DNA of 64,000 bases, taken from the NCBI RefSeq assembly GCF_964355755.1, contig NC_092673.1, positions 28,827,648 through 28,891,647 of the forward strand, in the 5' to 3' direction. This document shows, piece after piece, positions 50,001-62,316 of the stretch. The notes under the pieces were generated by a model, which did not search any database, was not told the DNA's origin, and worked only from the letters and a program-made list of their open reading frames with translations. The DNA comes from Antedon mediterranea (Eukaryota; Animalia; Echinodermata). Position numbers and translations under genes: made by a program. Numbering within the stretch: the stretch's first letter is position 1; every line of letters begins with the position of its first letter.

Positions 50001-53000
50001 TTTTTGCAATTATATTTGTAGACTTAGATTTTATATTTTTAATGGTGTTTTCCATTGGGATTAAAATGTTTCCTGCTAAGAGGAAAAAGCCAGGAATCTT
50101 CCATCAATATCGATATAACTAAGTTAAGCAATGAAAGACAAATTGTGTCAACAAATAACTTTATTAAAAATGACATTACAAGGTCAAAGTTTTGTTGGAT
50201 CCGTTTTTGCAGATTCAGCATAGTTACATAACTGAGAAAAGTTAACGTCCTCAATCATAGCAAGGAAAAATTATTTTGTAGTCTTTAATTATCTAAAACT
50301 GTATCCTATAGAAAAAAAAGATAAATCACCATTTCACACTGATGTAAGATCGTGAATACTTTTGGTCTAAATTTCACTAAATATCAATAACAAAAAGTTA
50401 TTAGTAATAATATATATTCTTTATACTGGGTGGCCTCTTCAGTCAAAGACTGGTCTCTCAGAGGGCCCAGATATGATCAGTGGCTGTGAAAGATGTACTA
50501 GGTTCTTTAAAGTGTACATGAGCTAGATGTGTACACTGGACCTATGGTTTATAGGAAGAAGAAGAAGACTCTGACTTGAACCCTTGCCAGGTTTTTGTTT
50601 TACAGTAGCTACATATTTCGCTTTAAAAAAAAAAAAAAAATTTTTACATATGGTATACTAAATTTAATCTAATGAAAATTCAATAATCATCTTATAAATT
50701 TGAAATTATGAGAAAAAAAAACGTAAACATATAAACTTAATATGTTATACTGCCATCTACATTTTAACCTTTAATGATAGCGATCAGGTTTACACGAAAT
50801 ACTTCCGTTAAAAACCCAGTCTTCTTGTTACATTCAATGTGACAGTCTCCTGGCACTGAGTCCCAAATATCTCGGTTACAAATTTATGTCATGTAATATC
50901 ATAAACAGGTTAAGCGCGCTCCATGTTAATTGAACAACCTGCGGGTCTCGGTGACGTCACGGTTTACGGCAATGACTAAGGCCTTTTGAAGTGCACATCG
51001 CATCTTTTATGCTTCTTATTTGGCTTTGTGTTGTGCAATAGTGAAAGTGTTTGACATAATTCATTAATTATATTCATAATTGTTAGGTGTTAGTAATGGG
51101 GGATGGGGTGGAGGATGCTGATGCTAAATAAGATAATATTACAAAATATTATCTCATTTTTCATCGTTTAAAATTAATATAATTTATAATCAAATAAAGC
51201 TGCAATTGGATTTGTATAAATGTTTTCCAAATTATAAACTTATTTTTTAAAATTTCTTTTACAGTAATATTGTGACCTTTAAAACCTTTTAACAATGAAC
51301 TATATACAACAATTTTTTATTGTCAATTAAAATACTCTTTTTAGTTTCAATTCATTCGTTTCATTTTCATTTCAATCTTGCTTCAGACAGAGTCCGTAGA
51401 AACAAACAAAACAATTTAACAATAAAAAACAACAAAGAATTATCTTCTCAATACATGATACAACAAGCTTAACAAATACTCTTAATTTAGAAATTATTTA
51501 AAATTACTTTTATATTTAGTATTAAGTTTCATTTGTTTATACTGTTATTTTATTTCCTGTTTTGTATCTTTACCACTTTATTAAAGCACTAGCACTAGTA
51601 CTGAAAGTGTATAAAGAAAGAATATTAAATATATCTGCAAAATTTTTTTTTTGTTCTTTTTCAGAACCGGAGGCAAAGAACACATTCTGACAGCTGAGAG
51701 TCATGAGATCATGATGCAATGGTTGAAGTCATTACAGGTATTTTAGAAATATCATGGAGTAAAGAATAAGACTCCATGGAAATATAAAGCTTTTTCTACA
51801 CTATCAAACTAGTTTGACAAAAAGTGTTATGTGTCCAAATATGGTGGTGATATAAGATAAGATAATTTTTATTGATCCTCAAAAAGAAAATTCATTGCTC
51901 GTCAAAAAAAGAAAACACAATAAATACAATTATAGGATAACAACTATTCGAATAAAAACATACCAAATAAGTTAAGTTGTTATCTACTTGACTTCCTGTT
52001 GTACTGGATGATACCGGAGGGGAAAAATGATTTGGTATATCGATTTGTTTTCAAACTGAGAAGCCTCAATCTACCACTTGGATTACGTTGGTCTATGATT
52101 ACTTTGTGGAGAGGATGAGAGGCATCAGACTTAATGCGTTTGAAATCTTTCTGGAGGTGTTCTAGGTGCACACTGGTAATGGAAGGCAGTTCCAGACCAA
52201 TCATTTTACCAGCCTGACGGATGAAAGTTTCAAGGCGTCCTTTATTCCCTCCGATAGTATTACCAGCCCAACATGAGAGGCAGTAACAACACAACACTAC
52301 CAACACTACATATAATGGATCTATAGAATTTTGTCCAACTAGTTTGTAGACAGAGCTTAGACATTCCCAAAACAGAATCAAGACAAATGTTTCAAATATT
52401 AAATTAATAGCAAGTTTTGGATGTGTTTTCTTTTAATATTTGTGAAATGTGAAAGTGTGTTTGCAACAGAATTTCTGTAAATGGTTGACCTTTTAAATGT
52501 TTACTATCCACTCTCTACCCCGAGTGTTGAAATCGTTATTTTTAGAGTAGCCTTGTATTGCCGTTCAAGATTTACCTACAGACACTCCCTAACGACAGAA
52601 ACTTTTAATTGTACAGTTAGTCTAAAACTCTTGTCTACACTATCAAACTTTATGTGCCAACAAAAGTGTGATTTATATATTATGTATTATTTTTACAAGC
52701 TTTAAAATTTCATACAGAAAAAGCATCTTTTAAGACAAAGAAAGTTCTTTTATGCACTGTGCAAGAGTGTGCTTTGCGCACGCACAATATTTGGGTGCTC
52801 ACAGATGTCCGTCATCTTTAGCTCTAATTCTTTCAGATTGTCAAACAATCTTTTTCTTTCACTTCGCATGACATTTAACCTTGCGGGACATTTCATTGAG
52901 ATTCGAGTGCGCTCTCTCTCCCTGTCACAAGAAATCATTTACTTATTAACATGTCACTCAATGCTAATCAAAGATAAATGTAATGTTGGATGAATTATGG

Positions 53001-55892
53001 GTGATTGGATTGTAATCTGATCCGGCATTAATGATAACAATGATTAGACAATCCATGATAAACCTGCTGATTCATATTTGGTTGAATTTTCAAATGTTTC
53101 AAGTTTAACGCCAATTTATTCATTTCATTTCCACCAGTCAATTTTCTTTCCATGGTCTTTTCAAAGATGGCAGCAGACATCAAATAAAAGGGATAGTAGA
53201 CAAAATGAAAGAAAATAAAAAATGTAATGCAGACATGTATGATACCTGTACCAATTTAGTAATTTCATTTATCCAGTCACATAAAATAAAATTAATAGTG
53301 ACAAATCAAAGATAGAAAAGTACTGTATGTGGGTCTTTTTGACTTGTTTACCAGACCGTTCAAAAAACTTATGCCACATTCACAGTGGCTGCAGCTGAGG
53401 GAATTTTTAAATAATTATCTTATCTTCTTTATAACTTGACATGTATAATAAAAATAATAATAAATTTGGACTTTTAAGCACATAATGCTATTCATGTTTT
53501 ATAATGTTTACGTTTTTTTTTTACATTGTTTTAAAGGATGCAAGAGATTTATTTACCCAAGGCAAATTAACGCGGCATACACGATCCTGGAAACCAAAGA
53601 ACAATTCCGTAAGTAGTTTACTTTGGATATCAGCATTTGATTAGCTTTTGTTCCAGCGATTCCTTGGTTTATAAGTATGTTGACATAACATACACCAGAG
53701 TTATGTAATTCATTTATAAGTTGAGGAAGTACTACATCAGTGTTCCTCCTACACTCCTACAATTAAAGGTTTCAGAACTTCCTGTCCTGTTTTTATCAAA
53801 TAAGATCAAGGATTTTTATTTTTATGCAAACTTTTTGTTTGTTTTGTTTGATTTTCATTAACAGAAAAAGTTACCAAAAGATTTAGAAAAGGTAAAACTT
53901 GGTGTAAATTGAAAAGGCATTTTTATTTTTGAAAATAGCACATTGCTTTAATTGCATCTGATCTACAGTCAACTTTCCCAATACCGGACACCCTTGGGTC
54001 TAAATGCCGGACACCCTTTCACCAGCCAATATATATATAGTTTTCCAGAATAAAATTCTGATGTTCCAAATGTTTTTTAAAGGTAAAATAGAATTTGTTA
54101 CCTTTTGGACCTCCAGAACAGTCTTATTTTCAGTTTTAATTTCCGGTTTTGGGAAAGTCAACTGTATTATTATACACTGTACTTTTAGTAGAATAGAAGT
54201 TTTATAGCATTTCTGTGTTGGTAAATTAACATATAGGTGTGTTGTGTAAGGTGTTTTAATGCTAATTTCATATAACATGGCTAAATGGTTTTGCTGGGGA
54301 CATTGATAGGTGCTAACTCTGTCCATGGTTCTGGTGGTGGTAGTGGTGGTAGAGAATAAAGGACTATAATCTATGTTCTCAAACACAATCCATATAGGGA
54401 TGTTGGTTTGTTTGTTTTTTCGTCATTGTTTGGTCAGTTTTGTGAAGTTAATAAATAAAAAAAAAAAAAAAAAATAAAACAAATTCAGTTAAGTATAATG
54501 TTTGCACATCGAGAGACGCACTCCCTGGCGCATATACCCATGTGGTCCTTCGTCAGTATTCATCCAGATCCAGATCCAGACAATTGGCTTGTCTGCACTT
54601 AAACACCTAGTATTGCGATCTTTCAAAATAAGATTTATTATTAAATTAATTTAATTTCCATTTATTATATCATTTGCATAGTATATACATAGACAATTTT
54701 GTTGCTATGAGGCAGTTTTATACAATACAAAAAAAGGTAAAAAAAATCTAGAAAATTATATTCAGTGCTCTAATGGCAGCTGGATAAAAACTATTACGGA
54801 AGTGATGAAGAGAGAGGTGATGGAAAAGACATAGCGAGGGTCATGTCATACAGTGTTACATGATTCATACATATCTCTTTATTTAACATTAAATGGATAT
54901 ACTGTACATTTATTAATATTAGTAATACTAAACCAATTTGCTGTTAATTATTTTTATCATTACTTGAATAGCAAAAATAATATCATTTCCTTTCATCTTC
55001 ATTACAAATAAATAAAATGCTAGCTACAGTTATAATTTAATTAGACAAAAAGAAAAGATGAATTTTTAGACTACTATAAAAAGTTACATGTATAGAATCA
55101 TTTTTTTTGTAAAGTTTTTTTTTCAAAATTATAAATATCATTTTGATGTCATAGTTTTCCTAACGTACTTCATCATTCAATCACACGTTTTTATCGCAAC
55201 AATTTACGACAATACCCATCATCAACCAATCACAGACGTCTTTCTCCTTGAAGCAGTTTGCGACATACTATCGCTTAAAACAGAAAGATTTGAGTCATAA
55301 CAGTGCAGTGACATTGAAGCTGTATTTAGAACCAAGTCAAGACGTAATGATAAGCTGCAAAATATTGTGATAATTTCCTGCTTGTTTTAACTACGTATCC
55401 ACGTTCTAACTAAACAGAAAATTATGCGTAAATTTAGCTTGATTACGTTGATTTCTCCCCAGTCTAATTATAAGGGATACAAGTGAGCAAACTCCATGAA
55501 TGATGCTTTTCCTATTGATAAAAAAAAATAAATCGTTGTTCTATATTTATTATGCTTAGGTTGTGCACTGTAATGTGACCACAAACTTTCTTAGACAAGT
55601 TTGGTATTTCCTATTGGCGAGGAATTATGTTGAGGAAGAACTTATTCTCTTTCAGTTCTTTATCTTGACATTGTACAAACAAGTCGTTCTACTTAGAGCA
55701 TTTATGTGTAATTTGTCTTTTAACAGTGGGCACAGTGTAAGGGGCTTGTGACAAATCCAGCATCTAGGCGAAGGAATTACTCGGATAAGGGTGAACCGCT
55801 TGGCGCGGATGATCTACGCTCGTACACGCAAGCAAAGGACATACCAAAGACCAATTCACTCTCAACTGTTGCATCATCACCGGATGTCAAAG
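44044..55892 (+). CDS. PH-domain protein, probably TBC1D2/TBC1D2B family Rab-GAP; 5' exons only, gene continues beyond the window
   Basis: Phase-consistent exons 44044-44116, 48324-48495, 51665-51737, 53537-53608, 55727-55892 give MLEDSGETGVKMGKAGYLYHRPGGALGRLKKKRFWFVVDQLKCHLVFHKS...PIGAVDI...NQFLISTGGKEHILTAESHEIMMQWLKSLQ. This is a complete N-terminal PH domain resembling that of TBC1D2. No TBC domain is visible in the window, so the identity is tentative. Probable non-coding exon ends at CAG|GTAATG, 40371. Confidence 0.7.
44736..45091. mobile_element. Tc1/mariner(pogo)-type MITE; related fragments near 1650, 2205, 13595, 21000, 48180, 49170, 53965, 60290
   Basis: TA|CAGTAGAACCTC...GAGCTCTTCTG|TA with internal AAGGGGACAC repeats. 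Confidence 0.6.
45775..46020. repeat. Tandem repeat of about 115 bp, 2+ copies
   Basis: GTGAAAGATGAA at about 45777, 45893 and 46007. Confidence 0.8.
51853..52310 (-). mobile_element. 5'-truncated non-LTR retrotransposon (Rex1/Babar-like) inserted in a MITE
   Basis: ORF 51980-52381 peptide CLSCWAGN...AGKMIG...IKSDASHPLH...SGRLR...KTNRYTKSFFPSGI is typical of the RT C-terminal region. 3' tail GGATCAATAAAAATTATCTTATCTT. Confidence 0.8.
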
Positions 55893-58884
55893 GTCAGTTG
55901 TCTTTCTCATCTTTACAGCAATTGATATTCTAAATTAGTTTTAGTCTCTGGTCAACTTGACCACTAATTAATGACCTCTCTAACCAATGACCTCTCCAAT
56001 ATTGACTGACTAATTGGAGACTAATCCTGTTTAATCTGACCACCAAAATCCAGATATAGATAGATAGAATTAAATTTATTTAAACTTGAAGTCAATCTGT
56101 CTAGGGACTTAAACCTATTTAGGCCGCTTTATTCTTACCCATCCTAGGATTTTAAATGACATATTTTAAGTTAGTACCATCAAACCATACCAATTGATGT
56201 GTAGTAGGTTGGTATTTAAGATGCAACTACCGATCTCAGTGTCTTTGATTCAAATTCTGAAACAAACTATTTTACTCTTTTAAATGTCAGAATGAATACA
56301 TGTTAAAATAATTATGCAAATCTTACAGACTCACCTGAAAGTTATCCATAATACTTTATCCAAAAATTAAATTATTAAATTCTTCTAAAAATATATTATC
56401 CATGCCAATCAAAACTATATTATCATCCACTGCTTGCTATAGGAGCAGTTTATTGCTGACTCAGCATACACATTGACAGTGAAGTTGAGAATTATACCTT
56501 TTAAGATATGTCTACACTATCAAATTAGTTTGACAAAAAAAGTATGATGTGCCCATATATGGTAGTGATATGTCCAAATATAGTAGTGATATGACATCAT
56601 GTCCATATGTATTCATATATTACATTTTTTTGGTCACATAAAGTTTGATATTGTAGATGGGCTTTACATTGCCTATAGGTCTTAAGTTTACATAGGTAGG
56701 CTATATGGTTGCACCTTGTATTGTAGAGGATGTAGACTACTTTTAGAGTTATTGGTTAAGTTGAGCACTTTAGTGGATATGTGCGCTGTATAAATCTTAT
56801 TATTATTATTATTAACTTGCGTTAAATTTTGATCAGAATCGGTTATGTTAGTGATAGATATCAATGATTTTCAAAGGCACAATTTCAAGATATAAAAAGT
56901 ATTTAAAGGGTTTAGTAGGTGCTCTAATATTCATAATTATTATATTATATTATTAATTTTCAAACCTTATGTTTCTGTTTCTTATGGTTATTCTCTTTCT
57001 ATGAATAATATGAGGGAAAATTTTATTTATCTTAAACACTATAATTTCTTTTTAAAAAATGAAAGAAAAAAAAATTTTGAGGCCTTAGAATACTCGCTGT
57101 TAAAGCTAACATAAACTTACATTTTTATAATTGAATTTTTATGATATGTATTTCTGTATGTATTGTATTATTGTCGAGTGCCCCAATGATCAGCCTTGCT
57201 AATCTCATGAAACATGGTTCAATAAAAAATGAAACTTTCGTGCCATGTTCATCGATAACTTGTTTAAAAAGCTAAGAATGTTGCATTATCGCACTACAAA
57301 TGATAATGACATTCAATATCCACTCATTCAAAAGAATAACATTACTCAGATGAGAATTATCGATATTAATATAATTTAATCTATCATAACTTAGCAAGGT
57401 GAAACATAATAGTAACACATAGAAAAGGTGTTTCTGAATGCCTAGTCTTTAATCCAGCCACCTAGAATATCTCCCATGGTAACCGGTAAAGCCAAACAGT
57501 ATCAGCATGTGACAAGCTCTTTATAAATATCTTAATTTACACAGCTTTACCTTAATCTTGTTGAATAATTAAAGGATATAGATTTCATACTTATGCATTA
57601 TGCTTGTGATAAATTGCTATATTGAATTATACATTGTTATTCCTTGAGAATTACTATAAATATTACAAGTAGTTGTATGACATGTAGTTGAAATTATATA
57701 ATATATAAAGAAGTTGTATCTTTTAATTTGTTTCATCTACATTGGCTTTTCATTTACATACAGTATACAGTATATGTATTAAATACATGACTAGAAATAT
57801 AAAAACCCATCTGCTATAAAAAATGTCCCCAAGTTTATATGATTTCTTTTTTTTTTCTTCTTTAAATTTGATTTACGTAAATGCTCCACGAACTTTCAAA
57901 TACAATTAGATAATATAAATTAAATTATTATTTTGTTATCAACTAACTGTAATGTTATCAGTGTTGGCATACACAATAGTTTGGTGTTAGAAATCAAGAT
58001 GGCGGCTGATAGCGTATATTTAAGAACTTGTATTGCCTTGGGTGTCGCTCATTAACGTCATTCTTGGCTCCTCACAAAGAAAGTTCAGATTTCTTCAAAG
58101 TTATTCCAATTTTTTTTTTTTCATTTAGAAACAATTATTTCAATTAAAATTTATTTCCTTTCTTTCTTCTTATAAATAAAATTTCAACAATAATAGTGTC
58201 TGCGATGAATTCACTTGTATGTAGCGCGTTTAACACCAGTACACAGTACAACAATGTGCACTCAGCCGTATATAGGGGCGGGGCCATAGTCGAACATGCA
58301 TATTGGCGTCTAGACGCAGCCAAATCAGACGGGTTTTGAGATGCGTTTTTGGGTAAACAATAGAAAACGCGTCTGGACGCTGATTTGTGGTCTGAAATAA
58401 TTTGTAGATGACGCCTTATTAACATAGGAAAGAAGGAAAATGTAACTTATCGATTCTAGCCCTATAACTTTTTCAATTATTGATTAAACCTGGTGATATC
58501 AGTGATATTTGTGAAATTATATTTTTTAGTATAAATACTTATTTTATTAGTACTAAACACATTTTAAATACTAATTTCTGTGCTAGGTATTATCAATTTG
58601 AATTTTATATTTCATTTTTAAAACCAATCAAAAAGTCTATAATAAGCACTGTTAACTAATACAAATATTATTCTTATCAATAATAAAGATAATTTTCATT
58701 TCCATGTATTTAGTGTTAGTGAACAAATTATTTTAAGAATCTTTTCTAATATTGTTTTCATCAAAATAATTTAATGCCATTTCCAATTAATAGACTGTTT
58801 ATCAAAGTTGTCATATTTGATTTGACGTGATAGGTAAACGTCATAATTTACAGGAAATGAAAAAAGAAACAGATTTATTATCAC

Positions 58885-59140
58885 TTTTTGAATATTCATC
58901 AACTAGACATGAATAATTATTAACATAAATTAAACTCCTTAACATTATGGTAGAAATGCAGTACTATAATTCATCCTAATTATGAATATTCATCAACTAG
59001 ACATGAATAATTATTAACATAAATTAAACTCCTTAACATTATGGTAGAAATGCAGTACTATAATTCATCCTAATTATGAATATTCATCAACTATACATGA
59101 ATAATTCGTACTCCTAACAATATGGTAGAAGTACAATACT
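58885..59140. repeat. 94-bp tandem repeat, about 2.7 copies
   Basis: GAATATTCATCAACTA at 58890, 58984 and 59078. Confidence 0.9.
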
Positions 59141-61146
59141 ATAGCCTAATATTTTTTTTAATAAATCGATCCACCGTAATTATGAATATTCATTTATATA
59201 AATGAATTATTCATACAGTTTAACATTCTGCTAAGGTGTAAAAAGCATTGTAGAATTAAAGGAGAAATAAACTAATCAATTATAATTATGAATATTCATT
59301 TACATGAATTATAAATATTTATTAATATTGTGCTATCTCTTTGGTGCACACAGCAATTATGTCAAAGACTAATATTTAAGAAGGTCATGCACCCATTGAT
59401 CCTAATCCTGTGGGACCATTGATGCTCATAGTATGTCTCTATTATAAACTCATGGGATAGTTGCATTAATGAGAGTGAAATTATCAATTTATGTTCATTG
59501 CAATATACGAGTGTTTAAATGGATAATTCTTCATTTGGTTTTTAAAATACAATTTCTCGTTTTCATAGTGAGAGTGAAAATAATTTAAGATCTAGACATA
59601 TTTAATTTGAAGATTGAAATTGTAGATTTCGACTTACTTTTTCTAAAATTGGAATATTTAGCAATAATTTGTTTATCTTAAGTACGATATTAAAGGTAAA
59701 ATATAGTTATAATGTTAATTCTGATTAGACATTTTAGTATACTGCATTTGTTGTTTTATGCTTCGTCTAGATTATCAAACTAGTTTGACAAAAAAAGTAT
59801 GCCCAAATATGGTAGTGATATGACATCATCATGTTCAGATGTCCATGGGCATATCACATTTTTTTGTCACATAAAGTTTGATAGTGTAGACAGAGCTTTA
59901 TATGCGTGCCCATATGAACATGATCATCTTACATCCATGGGCATTCACAATGTAACATGACTCAGTATCGGAGCTTCCTTAATCCTGATATGTGAACACC
60001 TGTCATTTTTAATTAATTTAGAGCTGTGTTAACGAGTTGGTTATTATATCTCCAACAATATGTAAATTATGCTATCGACCACTAAGAATCATGGTATAGC
60101 ATTATTAGTTTAGTATCATGTATATTAAGATCAGTTTACACGTATCACAAACTAGTTTGACAAAAAAAGTGTGATATCATGTCCATGGGTAACAATTGCT
60201 TTATACTCATTAACAGTGAATTTGCATTTTCTTATTGGACCATATAACGGTTAGGGTTATTGTGCAGTAAAACCAATTTTAAATGAACACCTTTGGTCCC
60301 AACAGAGTGTCCTTCTTAATAGGGGTTTCCCTTAAATAGGGGTTGGTAAAAGTGTTAATACATTTCACAGGAAAGCGTTCCCCAATATAAGGGTATCCCT
60401 TGAATATGGATTCCCCAAATATGGCCACAAAACTAGTAAAAATTCTTAGAATCTTCTTTAATATAATATACATTTAATGTTTACTATTGAATTTACATGT
60501 ATATTTAATTAAGCTATGTTTATCTTATTTTAGCATACAAGTTTATGTAATGTGTCAAGAATGCACATACTGTACAGTGGAATGTCTTGTTGCATTGACT
60601 TTATATATTATCGGTTATTCTGTACAGTACTACCTAGTGATTTTTGTTTTTGTACTAAGAGTTCTTAAATTAAGCTTCTTTTTGTTTGTTTTGCTATGGA
60701 TTTATTATGTCGTCCTGGTATTCCGAAATAAAAAGATGAATGAATGAATGTTATATTTATAGGAGACTTTGTTCAAAGAAAACTGTTCTCATTTTAGGAG
60801 AAATTATGAAATGAAATTATGTTTCATTTATCTGTTTTTACATCTCATATTTGTTCAAGTATGTTGTCCCCACCTCTTCCAGTTCCTGACATCTCTAAAG
60901 ACTGACAATACTTAATCTATCATCCTGTAGTCGTGGGCGAGTTAATCTCGCTTCATTTATGATGATACACTAGATTAACAATGTTAGACTAAAAGATCAA
61001 TTAAGATAATTTGATGAAAAAATGTTTCTTTTTTAAAACTGTAATGGTTTTGTTAAAACAATAGTTCGTTTAAAAAATATCAAGATTTTAAAATATCAAA
61101 ACTGTTAGCAAATGACAAAAATATTATAAAGTTTCAATACTTAATT

Positions 61147-61470
61147 ATCGTCCCATGCTCAAGTATAGTCCCATACTTGAGTATAGTCCCATACTCAAGT
61201 ATAGTCCCATACTCGAGTATAGTCCCATACTCGAGTATAGTCCCATACTTGAGTATAGTCCCATACTCGAGTATAGTCCCATACTCGAGTATAGTCCCAT
61301 ACTCGAGTATAGTCCCATACTCGAGTATAGTCCCATACTCGAGTATAGTCCCATACTCGAGTATAGTCCCATACTCGAGTATAGTCCCATACTCGAGTAT
61401 AGTCCCATACTCGAGTATAGTCCCATACTCGAGTATAGTCCCATACTCGAGTATAGTCCTATACTCGGGT
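61147..61470. repeat. 18-bp minisatellite (CCCATACTCGAGTATAGT), about 18 copies
   Basis: Near-perfect tandem array; each unit contains the palindrome ATACTCGAGTAT. Explains three spurious ORFs. Confidence 0.97.
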
Positions 61471-61699
61471 AGTATAATTCCAACCTCAAATTTATGATAA
61501 ATTAAGAATTATAGCTTTTATTAAATTCCATTTAATTTTAATTAAATTTAATGATTAATTATCTATGGTGCAGTACTATTATTTTTATTTTAATATTTTA
61601 TATGAGATGATTTGCCTTAATATTAGTGCCACATAATTAAAATAGTGTCATTTTATTAACATAGTTACATAATAATTCAACATTTATTAGTTTCTATCA

Positions 61700-62316
61700 A
61701 TGGTAAAGCAATACAATAAAAAGAGTGGTAATTTATAATGAGACAAAACAAAAATATCATTAATAGAGGATCATGCAAGAAAAGATTACTTGTCACGCAA
61801 GACCCATAAACAAAAAGAAAAAAATACATTTGTATATAATTATTAAATAATAATAATAAAAAAAATATTTAATAATTATTTACAAATGTATTTTTTAAAT
61901 AAAAAAGACATGACAAAAAAAAGTTTGAAGGTCTAGTTTGAATACAATGATGATAAATTATTTTTAAGTTTTTTACGAAAAGTTGAAAGAGAGGAAGAGT
62001 TAACAATACTAGTATCTAATTGATTCCAAATTAAAGGATTAGAAACTTTCATAAAGTGGGAAGAACTGGTTAACCTTACAAAAGGAATAGTTAACTTAAA
62101 CTTATGAACAGTACTTCTTAGATTAATACCATGGTTGAAATCAGCAGTGTTAAATAAATTCATCTTTGGAGAAGAAAGATTGTTGGAAAAATATTGAAAG
62201 ACAAAAGAGGCACTTTGCAATTTATGCATATCACCTAACTTCAGTAACTTAAGTTTATAAAATAAAGGTTCAGATGGAGTAATGCGAGACGTAAAAGTAA
62301 TATTTCTAATTATCAA
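61700..62316 (-). mobile_element. 5'-truncated LINE (CR1/L2-group) ORF2 C-terminus and 3' tail
   Basis: Peptide IIRNIT...SEPLFYKLKLLKL...HGINLR...LIWNQL...SLSTFRKKLK is typical of the post-RT region of CR1/L2-group LINEs. Confidence 0.8.

Noticed and set aside
54766-54816. Possible cassette exon (CSNGSWIKTITEVMKRE)
   Set aside because: No polypyrimidine tract, weak donor, and not needed for phase continuity.
61145-61497. Three overlapping repeat ORFs; CRISPR-like appearance
   Set aside because: Pure 18-bp tandem repeat with no spacers, in a eukaryotic intron.
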